This document shows, piece by piece, positions 1 through 11,356 of a DNA stretch of 27,561 bases. A program made the position numbers and the translations under genes. The notes beneath the pieces were generated by a model. That model made no database searches. It was not told where the DNA came from and saw only the letters and a list, made by a program, of their open reading frames with translations. Within the stretch, counting starts at the first letter, position 1. Every line of letters begins with the position of its first letter. Origin of the DNA: Acetobacteraceae bacterium (GTDB lineage Bacteria; Pseudomonadota; Alphaproteobacteria; Acetobacterales; Acetobacteraceae). The DNA lies in the NCBI GenBank assembly GCA_014377905.1, contig JACMOQ010000474.1:1-27561 (forward strand). Direction: 5' to 3'.

Positions 1-1
1 C

Positions 2-565
2 GCCGACATGGCCCGCATCGGCAACGACCAGCTTCGGCGTGCCGATCGCTTGAGCCAGGACCCGGCCTTTTTCCGTCAAGCCACACAAGATCAACGGATC
101 GGACGGCCATAGCATCGAATGCAGATCGAGCAGCACATCGACGCCATCCAGCCATGGCCGCAATTCCCGCGCGCGGGTGAGTTCGATCGACTGGCGCGGG
201 CCATCAAGCGTCGCCGCATCCCAGACCCGGTTAAGGTCCTCATCACAAAAGCGGCTATGGGTTGGATTATCCAGGTCAAAACGATCAAACGCTTCAAGAT
301 TGGCAAAGACAAAGCTGAGCCGGCCGCATTTTGGTCGTACGCCAGCCGAGAGCATGCGGGAAAGCGCGATGGCGCCGGAAAATTCGTTGCCATGCATCAA
401 CGCCATCAGCGCGACATGCGGGCCGGGCAGATCCGCGATAAAGCTGGTCACCCCCAGCACGCCACAATTCCCCGCCCGCCACGGCGCAAGATCGGGGACC
501 GCGAGTTCCATCATGAAACTCGGCAGCTTCGACCAAGGCCGTAATTGGGTGACCGGATTGCTCAC
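2..565 (-). CDS. Succinylglutamate desuccinylase/aspartoacylase-like (M14) zinc hydrolase, 5' part, truncated by window edge
   Basis: Not in the ORF track; translated by hand, antisense and in register with + ORF 119..544. Reads VSNPVTQ...PDLAPWRAGNCG...PGPHVALMALMHGNEFSGA...FANLEAFDRFD...DEDLNRVW...VDVLLDLHSMLWPSDP. HxxE (HGNE, 383-394), NR and DLH (119-127) are M14 ASTE/ASPA motifs. The frame opens after a TAG at 575-577; start is GTG 565 or ATG 514/511. Confidence 0.85.
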   Translation of the reverse strand, partial: MSNPVTQLRPWSKLPSFMMELAVPDLAPWRAGNCGVLGVTSFIADLPGPHVALMALMHGNEFSGAIALSRMLSAGVRPKCGRLSFVFANLEAFDRFDLDNPTHSRFCDEDLNRVWDAATLDGPRQSIELTRARELRPWLDGVDVLLDLHSMLWPSDPLILCGLTEKGRVLAQAIGTPKLVVADAGHVG

Positions 566-603
566 CCATGCAGTCTATACGGAAGTGCACCGGTGGCCAA
601 ATT

Positions 604-1586
<983 letters not shown>

Positions 1587-1590
<4 letters not shown>

Positions 1591-2579
1591 GCCACATTCT
1601 CCAACTGGCCGGCAAAGTGGCAGGCGACTAAATGTCCAGGGACTTTGGCCTCGACCGCAGGCATGATTGTGCGGCAGACGTCCTGCACCATCGGGCAGCG
1701 CCCGGCGAAGGCGCAGCCAACCTGGCGTACCCGCAGACTTGGCACCTGGCCGGGAATTTCGGCGAGTTTGGTGCGGCCACTGGCGTGCAGCGACGAACCA
1801 AGGCGCGGCACCGCGCCGAGCAAGCCCTGGGTATAGGGATGCATCGGGCGGGCGAAGATCGAATAAACGTCGGCTTCCTCGACCTTGCGGCCGGCATACA
1901 TGACCACGACCCTTTGAGCCATTTCCGCGACCACGCCCAGATCATGGGTGATCAACATAATAGCGGCGCCGACCCGGGTTTTAAGGTCGCGCATCAGATC
2001 GAGAATTTGCGCCTGGATGGTAACATCGAGTGCGGTGGTGGGTTCATCGGCAATTAGCAATTGCGGATTGCAGGCCAACGCCATCGCGATCATCACCCGC
2101 TGGCGCATGCCGCCGGAAAGCTGATGCGGGTACTCCTTCACCCGCCGTTCTGGCTCGGCAATACCCACCAGAGCGAGCATGGCGATGCTGCGCTTTTCCG
2201 CGTCCTGCGCTGAAAGACCTTCGTGCAGGCGCAAGGTCTCGCCGATCTGGCGCCCGACGGTGAGCACCGGGTTAAGCGAGGTCATCGGCTCCTGAAAGAT
2301 CATCGAAATGTCTTTGCCGCGAATGGTGCGCATTTCGGGCTCGGACAATTCAAGCAGGTTACGGCCCTGGAAGGTGACACGCCCAGCGATCTTGCCGGGC
2401 GGTTCCTGTATCAGGCGCAGAATCGACATCGAGGTGACCGATTTGCCGCAGCCGCTTTCGCCGACAATGGCCAGTGTTTCACCGGCATCGATATGAAAGG
2501 ACAGGCCTTCGACGGCGCGGACCACGCCATCAATGGTTCCGAAATGGGTTTGAAGGTTTTCGACTTCGAGCAGCGCCAT
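1587..2579 (-). CDS. Peptide/nickel ABC transporter ATP-binding subunit (OppD/DppD-like)
   Basis: [46 protein letters not shown]. Start moved from 2636 to ATG 2579 ([10 protein letters not shown]), 4 nt after the permease stop. Confidence 0.95.
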
Positions 2580-2583
2580 ATTC

Positions 2584-3486
2584 TTAAATCTTCTTTGCCA
2601 TGCGCGGGTCGAGGGCGTCACGCAGCCCATCGCCAAGCAGATTGATGCTCAAAACGGTGATCGACAGAAATATAGCCGGGAACAGCACGATGAAGGGCTT
2701 GACCTGCCACAGCGCGCGGCCCTCGGCCATGATGTTGCCCCAGCTCGGGATGGTCGGCGGGGTGCCGGCACCGATGAAGGATAGGGTGGCTTCGGTGATC
2801 ATCGCGGAGGCACAAATGAAGGTCGCCTGCACGGTGATCGGGGCAAGCGTGTTCGGCAGAATGTGCTTCCATATGATTTTCGGCACCCGCGTGCCGGCGG
2901 CAACCGCGGCTTCAACATAAGGCTGTTCACGCAGCGACAGCACCACGCCGCGCACCAGACGGGCGACGCGAGGGATTTCGGTGATGGTGATGGCGATGAT
3001 CACGTTGCCGACACTGCCGCGCGTCAACGCCATCAGCGCGATCGCCAGCAAAATGCCGGGGATCGACATCAGCCCATCCATTACCCGCATCACCACCGTA
3101 TCCAGCACCCGGATGAAGCCAGAGGTAAGGCCGATGAACATGCCGATCACCGAGGCAAACAACGCCACCATCACCCCGACTTGCAGCGACACGCGGGTGC
3201 CGTAGAGCACACGCGAATAAATGTCGCGGCCCAGCATGTCAGTGCCAAACCAGTAGATTTCCGAGGGCGAGCGCAGCCGCTTGGCCGGCGCCAGGGCGGT
3301 AGGATCGGCGGTTCCAAGCCACGGCGCAAACAGCGCGCTGGCCACAACCAGGGAGACCAGCAAGCCGCCGGCGAAGATGCTGGGGTGGCGATAGGCGAAC
3401 ATCGCCACCCTGCCCCGCTGTTTGCGGGCCGGCAGGACATCGGGCAGTTCAGCCGCAACAGCCGGATCGAGAAGGGTGCTGGACAT
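2584..3486 (-). CDS. Peptide/nickel ABC transporter permease (OppC/DppC-like)
   Basis: [16 protein letters not shown] motif (YVEAAVAAG), [18 protein letters not shown]. Confidence 0.95.
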   Translation of the reverse strand: MSSTLLDPAVAAELPDVLPARKQRGRVAMFAYRHPSIFAGGLLVSLVVASALFAPWLGTADPTALAPAKRLRSPSEIYWFGTDMLGRDIYSRVLYGTRVSLQVGVMVALFASVIGMFIGLTSGFIRVLDTVVMRVMDGLMSIPGILLAIALMALTRGSVGNVIIAITITEIPRVARLVRGVVLSLREQPYVEAAVAAGTRVPKIIWKHILPNTLAPITVQATFICASAMITEATLSFIGAGTPPTIPSWGNIMAEGRALWQVKPFIVLFPAIFLSITVLSINLLGDGLRDALDPRMAKKI

Positions 3487-4430
3487 CAGTAACGGATCCT
3501 CGGGTCGAATAATGTGTAGAGCAGGTCAACGCAAAGGTTCACCAAAACATAGGTAAAGCTCAGCATCAGCACGACGCCCTGAATGATCGGGTAATCACGA
3601 CGCAGGATCGCATCGACCACCAGCCGGCCCACGCCGGGGATGGCGAAGACGCTCTCGGTCACCACCGCGCCACCGATCAGACCGGCGAAGCCGATGCCGA
3701 TGATGGTAACGATTGGCACGGCCGCGTTTTTCAACGCGTGCATGAACAGGATTGGCCGCTGGCTGACGCCCTTGGCGCGCGCGGTGCGGATGTAATCCTG
3801 GCTCAGCACTTCGAGCATGGTCGCCCGGGTGATGCGCGCGATCAGCGCCACGAACGCGCCCCCCAAGGCCGCTGCCGGCAGCACCAGATTGCGCAGCCAG
3901 GGCAAGGGATCGGAGATCGAGAACGGCGTGTAACCCTGAACCGGAAACCAATCCAATTGCAGCGCGAAGGTGTAAGCGAGCAGATACCCGACCACAAACA
4001 CTGGCACCGAGAAAAAGAACACCGCGAACATCATCACCACCCGGTCGATCCAAGTGCCATGCTTCCACGCCGCCAGCACGCCCAACGGCACCGCGACCGA
4101 AATCGCGAAGGTCAGCGTCAGCAGCATCAGCGACAAAGACGGTTCGATCCGCTGGGCAATCATCTTGCTGACCGGGAGGTTGGTGAAAATCGACACGCCG
4201 AGATTGCCCTGCATCACCTGCCAGGACCATTCGACGAAGCGCACCACGAAGGGCCGGTCAAGGCCAAGCGAGGCGCGAATACGCTCGACATCTGCAGGGG
4301 TTGCCTGGTCACCAGCGATGATCGCCGCCGGATCGCCGGGGGCGAAATACAGCAGGCTGAAAATAAACAAGGCAACGATCGCCACCACTGGAATGGTGGC
4401 GATCACGCGGCGGACGATATAGGCGAACAT
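3486..4430 (-). CDS. Peptide/nickel ABC transporter permease (OppB/DppB-like)
   Basis: PGDPA, LGLDRP, DYIRTARAKG, HALKNA, ESVFAIPGVG, DLLYTLFDPRIRY; TGATG overlap with the next gene. Confidence 0.95.
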   Translation of the reverse strand: MFAYIVRRVIATIPVVAIVALFIFSLLYFAPGDPAAIIAGDQATPADVERIRASLGLDRPFVVRFVEWSWQVMQGNLGVSIFTNLPVSKMIAQRIEPSLSLMLLTLTFAISVAVPLGVLAAWKHGTWIDRVVMMFAVFFFSVPVFVVGYLLAYTFALQLDWFPVQGYTPFSISDPLPWLRNLVLPAAALGGAFVALIARITRATMLEVLSQDYIRTARAKGVSQRPILFMHALKNAAVPIVTIIGIGFAGLIGGAVVTESVFAIPGVGRLVVDAILRRDYPIIQGVVLMLSFTYVLVNLCVDLLYTLFDPRIRY

Positions 4431-4448
4431 TAACCGCTTTCTCCCAAA

Positions 4449-6038
4449 CTAAGCTTTTTGTACGCCCCAGAAAACTGGGAACGGCGCTTTGACCACGCCA
4501 GACAGAGTGTTACGCCACGCCTGATAGAGCAAAAAGAACCCGGTCGGCGCGTAGGTGACGTTGTCGAACGACGCCTTGTTCAACGCGGCCATGGCGGATT
4601 TTTCCGCCGCCAGATCAGGCGCGGCATACCATTTCAGAATACCCTGCTGCACCTCGTCCGATTTTGGCCAGCCAAACCAGGCCTTGTCACCACCGGCATC
4701 GAGGGCGGTGTAGGGGGCGGGGTTAACGCAATCGGCGCCGGCGTGCCAGCTGTGGAAGATGTTCCAACCGCCCTGGCTCGGCGGGTCCTTCTTGGCACGC
4801 CGCGCGCCGAGAGTGCCCCAGTCGGTTGCGACGAAATCGACCTCAAAGCCGATGCGCTTCAACATATCGGCGGTAACATCGCCCTGTGCCTTGGTGATGG
4901 CGATATCGGTTGCCACCACCAGGGTGACTTTGGACCCAAGCAAACCGGCCTCGGACAGCAGCTTTTTCGCAGCTTCGTAGTTGCGCGGCCCCTTGAGCAG
5001 ATCGGCCCCCTCCTCGGTCGAAACCGGGGTGCCGGGGGTGAAGAAGCTGGGCAGCCGCTTCCACAAATCGGGATTATCGCCGACCACTGCCTGCATGTAG
5101 TCCTGTTGGTCGAGCGCCATCAGCAGCGCCTTGCGGGCACGGACATCGTTGAACGGCGGGTGCAAATGGTTCATCCGCAATGATCCGATATTGCCAAACG
5201 GATCGGCGATGTCGACGGCGATGTTTTTGTTTTTCCGCAGCAAGGGCACCAGATCGGCGATCGGGTTTTCCCACCAATCAACCTCACCGCTTTGCAACGC
5301 CGCCCCTGCGGTTGCAGCATCCGGCATGATCTTCCATTCGATGCGGTCGAAATGCATCCGCTTGCCGCCGGACAGCCAATCACCCGGTTCCGGCCGCACG
5401 CTGTAGTCGGCATACCGGTCAAACACCGCATTGGCCCCCGGCACCCACAAATCCTGGCGGAAGCGCATCGGGCCCGACCCGACATATTCGCTGATCAGCT
5501 TGAACGGATCGGTCTTGGCGATGCGTTCCGGCATGATGAAGGCAACCGGCGCGTTGTTCTTGCCGAGCGCGAACAGCATCTTGGAAAAGGGCTGGTTGAG
5601 GCGGAAGCGGAAGGTCAGGTCATCGATCGCTTCAAGCGCATCGAGCCGGGATTTGATGATCTGGCCCATGGTGTCGCGCACCATCCACCGATTAAGGCTG
5701 GCGACCACGTCCCTGGTGGTGACTTTTTCGCCATCGTGGAATTTCAGCCCGGCGCGCAGCTTAAAGGTCCAGGTCTTGAGCTCGGCATCAACGGTATGAC
5801 CCTCGCACATTTGCGGCTTGGGGGTGAGCGCGGAATCGACGCCATAAAGCGTGTCCCACACCAAGAACGCCGCGTTGCGAACCACGTATTGGGTTCCGGC
5901 CACCGCATCGAGGCTGGACAAATTGGCCTGCGGCACAAAGCGCAGCAGCTTGCTGGCCTGGGCGCGGGCAATATTCGGTAACGCGAGCGCCGATGTCACG
6001 GCCGCGCTGGTCTTCAAAAAGTCACGACGCTGGAGCAT
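4449..6038 (-). CDS. ABC transporter substrate-binding protein, family 5, Tat-exported
   Basis: Twin-arginine signal MLQRRDFLK...ARA; WTFKLRAGLKFHDG family-5 motif; VGSGPMRF; ALQSGEVDW. Confidence 0.93.
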   Translation of the reverse strand: MLQRRDFLKTSAAVTSALALPNIARAQASKLLRFVPQANLSSLDAVAGTQYVVRNAAFLVWDTLYGVDSALTPKPQMCEGHTVDAELKTWTFKLRAGLKFHDGEKVTTRDVVASLNRWMVRDTMGQIIKSRLDALEAIDDLTFRFRLNQPFSKMLFALGKNNAPVAFIMPERIAKTDPFKLISEYVGSGPMRFRQDLWVPGANAVFDRYADYSVRPEPGDWLSGGKRMHFDRIEWKIMPDAATAGAALQSGEVDWWENPIADLVPLLRKNKNIAVDIADPFGNIGSLRMNHLHPPFNDVRARKALLMALDQQDYMQAVVGDNPDLWKRLPSFFTPGTPVSTEEGADLLKGPRNYEAAKKLLSEAGLLGSKVTLVVATDIAITKAQGDVTADMLKRIGFEVDFVATDWGTLGARRAKKDPPSQGGWNIFHSWHAGADCVNPAPYTALDAGGDKAWFGWPKSDEVQQGILKWYAAPDLAAEKSAMAALNKASFDNVTYAPTGFFLLYQAWRNTLSGVVKAPFPVFWGVQKA

Positions 6039-6118
6039 TCACAAAGTTCCTGTTCTGATGCTTCGTTGATCTCAGCCGTGACCTGGCATCCCCAAGGCAT
6101 GCGCCAATAGTTTTTTTT

Positions 6119-6148
6119 GCGGCAGGGCCGGCGCCCCGTCCCTGCCGC
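6119..6148. other. GC-rich inverted repeat (9-bp stem, 12-nt loop) next to a T8 run
   Basis: GCGGCAGGG (6119-6127) pairs with CCCTGCCGC (6140-6148). The T8 at 6111-6118 reads as A8 after the stem on the coding (-) strand, so this is not a canonical terminator for the operon. Confidence 0.5.
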
Positions 6149-6162
6149 TTGGTCTCGTCAGT

Positions 6163-6423
6163 CTAGCTTTTGCGCAGATTCCGGAAGATAGCAAATCCGT
6201 TCGGGATGCCCGAAATGTTCTTGCGGTATGCGGTCGCCTGCAACATTTGTCCGAGCGGGACATAGGGCACGTCCTGCATGACCTAACTCCGGAAATCTTC
6301 GAAGGCTGTGCTGGTCGGCCAGGCCAATTGCCGCCGGCTTCGCCGATACCGCGCAGGAAAGTGTGGGGCCGCTAATGCGGCGCCTGTCACGCCCGATCCC
6401 TGCAAAATTGTCCGTCGCTTCAT
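6163..6423 (-). pseudogene. Internally deleted remnant of a second family-5 substrate-binding protein gene
   Basis: GGAGGAG SD, then ATG 6423 with a Tat-like signal MKRRTILQGSGVTGAALAAP; an off-frame AGGNWPG fragment; in-frame TAG at 6283-6285; then a typical family-5 C-terminus VMQDVPYVPLGQMLQATAYRKNISGIPNGFAIFRNLRKS* ending at 6163. Only 87 codons, against 529 aa for the intact neighbour. Confidence 0.8.
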
Positions 6424-6523
6424 GCCCAGTTCTCCTCCCACACCCAGCGGTCGCCACACGCTGCCAACATCGCAGCATTGCGTGCCGTAGGCCATCACCA
6501 TTTTTCGCACACCCGGTAAAAAT

Positions 6524-7948
6524 TCATCCAAAGACCCGAAACGCCGAGATCACTGCGAAATAGGCGATCACAATTTCGGCCAACACGATGCACGCCAATG
6601 CAATAACGGCAGCTCCTTCGAACCGAGCCAAGCCGGCCCAGGCGCCCAGCACACCAACAGCGTTCGCCACCACCGCCAAAAGCGGCAGAAAGTAGCGCCC
6701 CTGAACCCCTTCGATGCGATCAGCACCGACAGGCGTCCAGATAAGATAAAGCGACGTTTCCACCAGTACGATACAGCCGGCGATCAACAAACCGTCCCAG
6801 ATCAGGAACCAAAATCGCCCGGAGGTGCGTGGCGGTTCGGCGGAAAGGCAAAACCCGAGGCCGATCAAGGGCAACAAATAGCCCGTCCAATGCAGCCAGA
6901 CACTGAGCCAGCCGAGCACTCCGACCATGGTTTTATAATAATAGGAGCTGTAGTTTTGCAGCGTAATTAGTAGGGTCTGCACATAGGCCATCGGGTGGCC
7001 GGTGATGTATTTTACCTGTCCGGCAACATCTGCCCCTTGCTGGCCGATCACAGTACTCGGGCTGAGGACCACTAACCAAAGCCCCGTCACCGCCAAGGCT
7101 ATTGCGGGCACAGTCAGCTGCGCCAGCACTTTGCGGGCGGTAAACCCCGATGTCACGAGCGCGGGCAACGCAAGCAGCAGAATTGGGGCGTAAACAGGTT
7201 TGATCGGGCAAAACATTACCGCCGCGACCGCAGCCACCGCCTGCCGACGCCAGGTCCAGACGCCATCTGCCCGCACCCGCAGGGCAATCGCAGTAAACAG
7301 GAACGCCCACGATATGATCATCGCGTCAGGTGCGACCGACGCATATTCATAGATCGCCATCGGCAGTAGACCGAACAGCACCATCGTATAGCGCCCGGTT
7401 GGCATGGTTCGGACTGCCCAGGCTAACACCGCAATCGCTGCAAGTGCATTGGCCAAGCGCGCGAGATGCAACAGGCCCAGCGGCCCGACACCGGCCAAGC
7501 GGCCAGCGACGACCGCAACTGTCGATGGAAAATAGGGCAACGGAAAATTACCCGCGGCGCTGGTGAAATCGAGAAATTCTCGACGATCGAGGTCAATTTT
7601 CAACGCGTATGATGACAACGTATTCCCCAGCCCCTGCGCCTCCACAGGACGCGGCCCGTGGTTGCGCCGGCTACCGAGGAATGTCTCGATCAGCTCCGGG
7701 ATCGCGGACGGCAAATCGCCTCCCACCGCCCCGTCCTGAACGCGGCCGAAGAGATGGAATTCGCTAAGCTGGTAGATGCGGGCGAAATGCTGTGCTTCGT
7801 CAGGGACCTGAAACGGTGGCGTAATGACGACGAGCGGGACAGCGCCCAACAGGCCCAAAACGACGCACAGCATAACCGGGCTAAAATACCAGCGGTCCCA
7901 CCCGTAGCCCGCGCCTCTGCGCAACCCGCGCCGATCAGCGGCCAACAT
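6524..7948 (-). CDS. DUF2142-like polytopic membrane protein, predicted GT-C glycosyltransferase
   Basis: PPFQVPDEAQH acidic first-loop motif, many hydrophobic segments, KPVY, GVLGW, GVQGRYFLP. Start moved from 8131 to ATG 7948 (GGAGGT SD 5 nt upstream; overlaps the GT2 stop). Confidence 0.8.
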   Translation of the reverse strand: MLAADRRGLRRGAGYGWDRWYFSPVMLCVVLGLLGAVPLVVITPPFQVPDEAQHFARIYQLSEFHLFGRVQDGAVGGDLPSAIPELIETFLGSRRNHGPRPVEAQGLGNTLSSYALKIDLDRREFLDFTSAAGNFPLPYFPSTVAVVAGRLAGVGPLGLLHLARLANALAAIAVLAWAVRTMPTGRYTMVLFGLLPMAIYEYASVAPDAMIISWAFLFTAIALRVRADGVWTWRRQAVAAVAAVMFCPIKPVYAPILLLALPALVTSGFTARKVLAQLTVPAIALAVTGLWLVVLSPSTVIGQQGADVAGQVKYITGHPMAYVQTLLITLQNYSSYYYKTMVGVLGWLSVWLHWTGYLLPLIGLGFCLSAEPPRTSGRFWFLIWDGLLIAGCIVLVETSLYLIWTPVGADRIEGVQGRYFLPLLAVVANAVGVLGAWAGLARFEGAAVIALACIVLAEIVIAYFAVISAFRVFG

Positions 7949-8972
7949 AATGCACCTCCACCGTGACCTTACCCGGTGCGCTGACCGGCCCGACCCCGAT
8001 GAGGAACGGATGCAGCGCCGATGCGGGCGCCGAGGCCATGTCGAAGCCGATAAAGGACAGCAATAATTGCACCCCGACGATGATCGGCAAGGCCGCCAGC
8101 ATGACGGTGCCCGTGCTGGTAAACTGCCCACTACTGGCGTTGGTCAACCATGCCGTCAGACCGAATACGGTGCCAAAGGCAACAAACACCAGCCCCCCGA
8201 CAAGGTGCAACGACGCGATCGAAAAATCCCGTAGAAAATAGTTATAGAACAGCCGCTTGCCTGCGTTACGCAAATTGCCAAGCAGGAACTGAAAAAACAC
8301 CCGACCGATGCGCAAATTGCTGGTTTCGTCCCCGTAGATTGCCGTCATCGGCACATCGACAACGCGTGCACGAATGGTTCCTAATCGGAACAGAAGATCA
8401 GATTCAAAGAAGTAGCGCCGATGGATCTTGTGGAGTGGCAACCGGGTCAGCACCTTCAAACTGATCGCGGTATAGCCGTTGGTCGGGTCAAAAATCTGCC
8501 AATAGCCCGACGACATCTTGGTCATGAACGATAATCCTGCGTTGCCGACCAGACGTGCCAGCGGCATTGAGATCACATCTTCTATATTGTAGAAGCGGTT
8601 GCCCTTCGTATAATCGGCTTGCCCGTTCAAGATCGGGGCAATAAACAGCGGCAGAAGGGATGGGTCCATTTGCCCATCACCATCGATCTTGACTGCGACC
8701 TCAGCCCCATCGGCCGCCGCCTGCCGGTAGCCGGTCAGCATGGCGCCACCAACGCCTTGATTTGCGGCATGAATAAGGACGCGAACCCGCGGGTCGGAAC
8801 AGTTGATCAGCACATGCGCGCCGGTCCGGTCCGGGCAGCAATCATCGACCACATAAATCGCGCCCACCTGGTCGCCAATCGCTGCAAGCACCGCCATGAT
8901 CTGGTTGCGCACCCGAAAGCACGGTATCACCACGGCAATGCGGACAGGGGGCGTAGGCGGGGAGGAAGTCAT
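7935..8972 (-). CDS. GT2 glycosyltransferase, DPM1/GtrB-like polyprenol-phosphate sugar synthase
   Basis: VVIPCF, VDDCCPD, NQGVGGA, KIDGDGQ (DxD), KGNRF, DPTNGY, YFFESDLL, and two C-terminal TM helices. Start ATG 8972 has a GAGG SD; 8984 is an alternative. Confidence 0.88.
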   Translation of the reverse strand: MTSSPPTPPVRIAVVIPCFRVRNQIMAVLAAIGDQVGAIYVVDDCCPDRTGAHVLINCSDPRVRVLIHAANQGVGGAMLTGYRQAAADGAEVAVKIDGDGQMDPSLLPLFIAPILNGQADYTKGNRFYNIEDVISMPLARLVGNAGLSFMTKMSSGYWQIFDPTNGYTAISLKVLTRLPLHKIHRRYFFESDLLFRLGTIRARVVDVPMTAIYGDETSNLRIGRVFFQFLLGNLRNAGKRLFYNYFLRDFSIASLHLVGGLVFVAFGTVFGLTAWLTNASSGQFTSTGTVMLAALPIIVGVQLLLSFIGFDMASAPASALHPFLIGVGPVSAPGKVTVEVHYVGR

Positions 8973-9048
8973 TGCAAACCTCATACAAAAATCTTCTTCA
9001 CACAACAACCCACGGTCTAAAACAGCACAGTCTGGCCAGACATCGCCA

Positions 9049-9405
9049 TCAGCTTGAGCCGAATTGTGTCAGCACAACGCCGATGCCGATCAAAACAGCG
9101 CCGAGCCAGAATACCGGGGTTACGGTTTCGGCAAACAGCAGTGTCGCCGCCAACGGCACCACCACTGCGCCAAGCGCGGTCCAGGGATAGGCGCGGCTCA
9201 AGGGCATCCATGACAGGATCCAGACCCAAAGAACGGTGGACAGTCCATAAAGAACAAGCGCCATCCACACCCAGATATTGGCGCCCAGCAAGGGCAAAAT
9301 GTCGGCCACCGGCGCACCGGCAATGCCCTTCGCAGCCTGCTTGAACATCATCTGCCCAACGGCAAGCGATAGGCTGAACAAAACCAGCCAAGCCGTGTTT
9401 TCCAT
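9049..9405 (-). CDS. Small 4-TM DMT/EamA-family protein, ArnE/ArnF-like undecaprenyl-phosphate-sugar flippase subunit
   Basis: 118 aa; GQMMFKQA, LSWMPLSRAYP and LFAETVT...WLGAVLIGIGVVL resemble ArnE/F; AGGTG SD. Confidence 0.75.
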   Translation of the reverse strand: MENTAWLVLFSLSLAVGQMMFKQAAKGIAGAPVADILPLLGANIWVWMALVLYGLSTVLWVWILSWMPLSRAYPWTALGAVVVPLAATLLFAETVTPVFWLGAVLIGIGVVLTQFGSS

Positions 9406-9493
9406 TTTGGCTTCACCTAATGTTCGTTTGCACCCATGCCCATTTCACGCCACAAAGTCAAAGATGAGCGCGAAAACAGTGTCTTAGCGCCGG

Positions 9494-11356
9494 TCATTTT
9501 CTCACCGATTTCTCAAGCACGCCGAACCGCTCCAGCCGATCCGCACGGATATGGCGGATGTCGCCACGACGGTACGTAACCCCCTGGGCGTCGAGAAATT
9601 CCAGGATGCGGATCACCAGATTGCGCCCGATACCGACCCGATCACGAAATCCGCCGGCGCTGATATCACCGTCACGCGCCGCGAGTTCGGCTGCAATGGC
9701 AACCATTTCGGCCACCGCGTCGCGCAGATAGAAATGATCGGGCGCGACTTCCACCAGCCAGGACAGCCGGGCGAAGCGGCGCATGCTGGCCCGCAAAACC
9801 GGCTCGCTCATCCGTGTCCGCGCCAGCAGATCGCGCACTCGTGGCGGGCGGAAACGATCGGCCGCCAGTTCGTCCTGGAGGATTTCCCACAGCGCCGCAT
9901 CGGTCGCACTAAGCTGGGCGCGATGATCGGCGAGGCACAGAAACGCGCCGTCCTGGCGCAGAATGCCCGCCCGCAACGCCCGATCAATCACCGCTGCCGC
10001 GAGCGCGCGCGGCGGTTTGCCCGGCAGGGACGCCCGCAACCGATCCTGTGTGAGGCCGGGCTGTTCGGGGTGGTCGCGGTGCAAGGCGGCCAGCCCCGCG
10101 GTGATCGCGGCATCCAACCCCGCCAGATCGGCCACAGCCAACGCGTAACCGCCGCAGAGCACCGCATCGGCTGCCTGCAATTGGGTGGCTTCGGCGGCCG
10201 GGCGCAGATTATGGCCCCGCGCATGGGCGGCCCAGTTAATCCTGGTCAGGGCAAGCATTGCGGCCAGATCAGGCGCCGCGAGCTGGGCGAGGCGCGCCGG
10301 GCTACGCGCGCCCCGCAAGATCGGCCAAGGATCAAGCACCACCCCACCGCCGAGAGTTTTGGTGGCACCGGCATCGCGCAGCACCAGCCGATCGCCGATC
10401 AAGGCTGCAACTGGCTGATCGAGCACCGCGCGCACCAGCCCGATTTCACCTGGGCCAATCGGGCTTGCAAGTGGCGAGACCCGGGCGGTCACATGGGCGG
10501 CACCTAGATGGAGATGCATCGGCGTATCAGCCCGCAACGCCCGCGCCCCCGGCAGAAGCCGGATGCGGGCGTCAATGCGCTGGGTCGGGGCATGGATTTC
10601 GGTCGCGACCAGGTAGTCTCCGCGTACCACCGCGGCCTTGTCGGCCCCGACCAGATTGAGCGCGAGGCGCTGCCCAGCCACCCCGCGTTCGGCTCGCTGG
10701 TTTTGCGCATGCAGTCCGCGCACCCTGACCTCGGCGCCCGACGGGGACAGCACCAGCCGGTCACCGACGGCAATCGTCCCGCTTGCCAGCGCCCCGGTTA
10801 CCACCACGCCGGCGCCGGCGACCAGAAACGCTCGGTCGATGGCGAGCCTGGGGTAAGCATCGCGGTCGCGCGGTTTCGGACCGAGCGCTGCAAGGGCTGA
10901 GCGCAAATCTTCAATGCCGGCGCCGGTTATCGCCGATACCACCAGGATCGGTGCGGTCGCCAAACACGTGTCGGCCAACAACGCCGCAATGTCGGCGGTC
11001 ACGCGCCCGACCTCGCCAGGCGCGAGATCGCTGCGGGTGATCGCCACCACGCCCCGATCTATTCCCAAAAGATCGAGGATCGCCACATGTTCAAGGGTTT
11101 GCGGCTTAATTCCGTCATCAGCCGCCACCACCAGCAGCGCTGCATCGATGCCACCAACGCCGGCCAGCATGGTGTGGACGAAACGTTCATGCCCCGGCAC
11201 ATCAACGAAACCCAGCCCTCCGGCATACGCATAGCCAAGATCGATCGTCATGCCTCGGCGCTTTTCCTCCGGCAGGCGATCAGCATCGATCCCGGTCAGG
11301 GCATGGATGAGGGTGGTCTTGCCGTGGTCGACATGGCCGGCGGTGCCGATGATCAT
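9494..11356 (-). CDS. selB: Selenocysteine-specific translation elongation factor SelB
   Basis: [46 protein letters not shown]; C-terminal winged helices FRPPRVRDL and [20 protein letters not shown]...RRGD; 620 aa. Confidence 0.95.
   Translation of the reverse strand: MIIGTAGHVDHGKTTLIHALTGIDADRLPEEKRRGMTIDLGYAYAGGLGFVDVPGHERFVHTMLAGVGGIDAALLVVAADDGIKPQTLEHVAILDLLGIDRGVVAITRSDLAPGEVGRVTADIAALLADTCLATAPILVVSAITGAGIEDLRSALAALGPKPRDRDAYPRLAIDRAFLVAGAGVVVTGALASGTIAVGDRLVLSPSGAEVRVRGLHAQNQRAERGVAGQRLALNLVGADKAAVVRGDYLVATEIHAPTQRIDARIRLLPGARALRADTPMHLHLGAAHVTARVSPLASPIGPGEIGLVRAVLDQPVAALIGDRLVLRDAGATKTLGGGVVLDPWPILRGARSPARLAQLAAPDLAAMLALTRINWAAHARGHNLRPAAEATQLQAADAVLCGGYALAVADLAGLDAAITAGLAALHRDHPEQPGLTQDRLRASLPGKPPRALAAAVIDRALRAGILRQDGAFLCLADHRAQLSATDAALWEILQDELAADRFRPPRVRDLLARTRMSEPVLRASMRRFARLSWLVEVAPDHFYLRDAVAEMVAIAAELAARDGDISAGGFRDRVGIGRNLVIRILEFLDAQGVTYRRGDIRHIRADRLERFGVLEKSVRK

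Noticed and set aside
119-544. 141-aa + strand ORF (and 177..746, 91..393, 294..662)
   Set aside because: Shadow or off-frame ORFs of the minus-strand M14 hydrolase, which carries the recognisable motifs.
7949-8131. N-terminal extension of the DUF2142-like ORF (also the extensions 2580-2636, 11250-11462, 17667-17879, 23830-23919)
   Set aside because: They overlap neighbouring genes or leaders and look non-coding. The downstream starts match family N-termini or have SD sequences.
9551-10507. 318-aa + strand ORF
   Set aside because: Antisense shadow of selB with no recognisable motifs.
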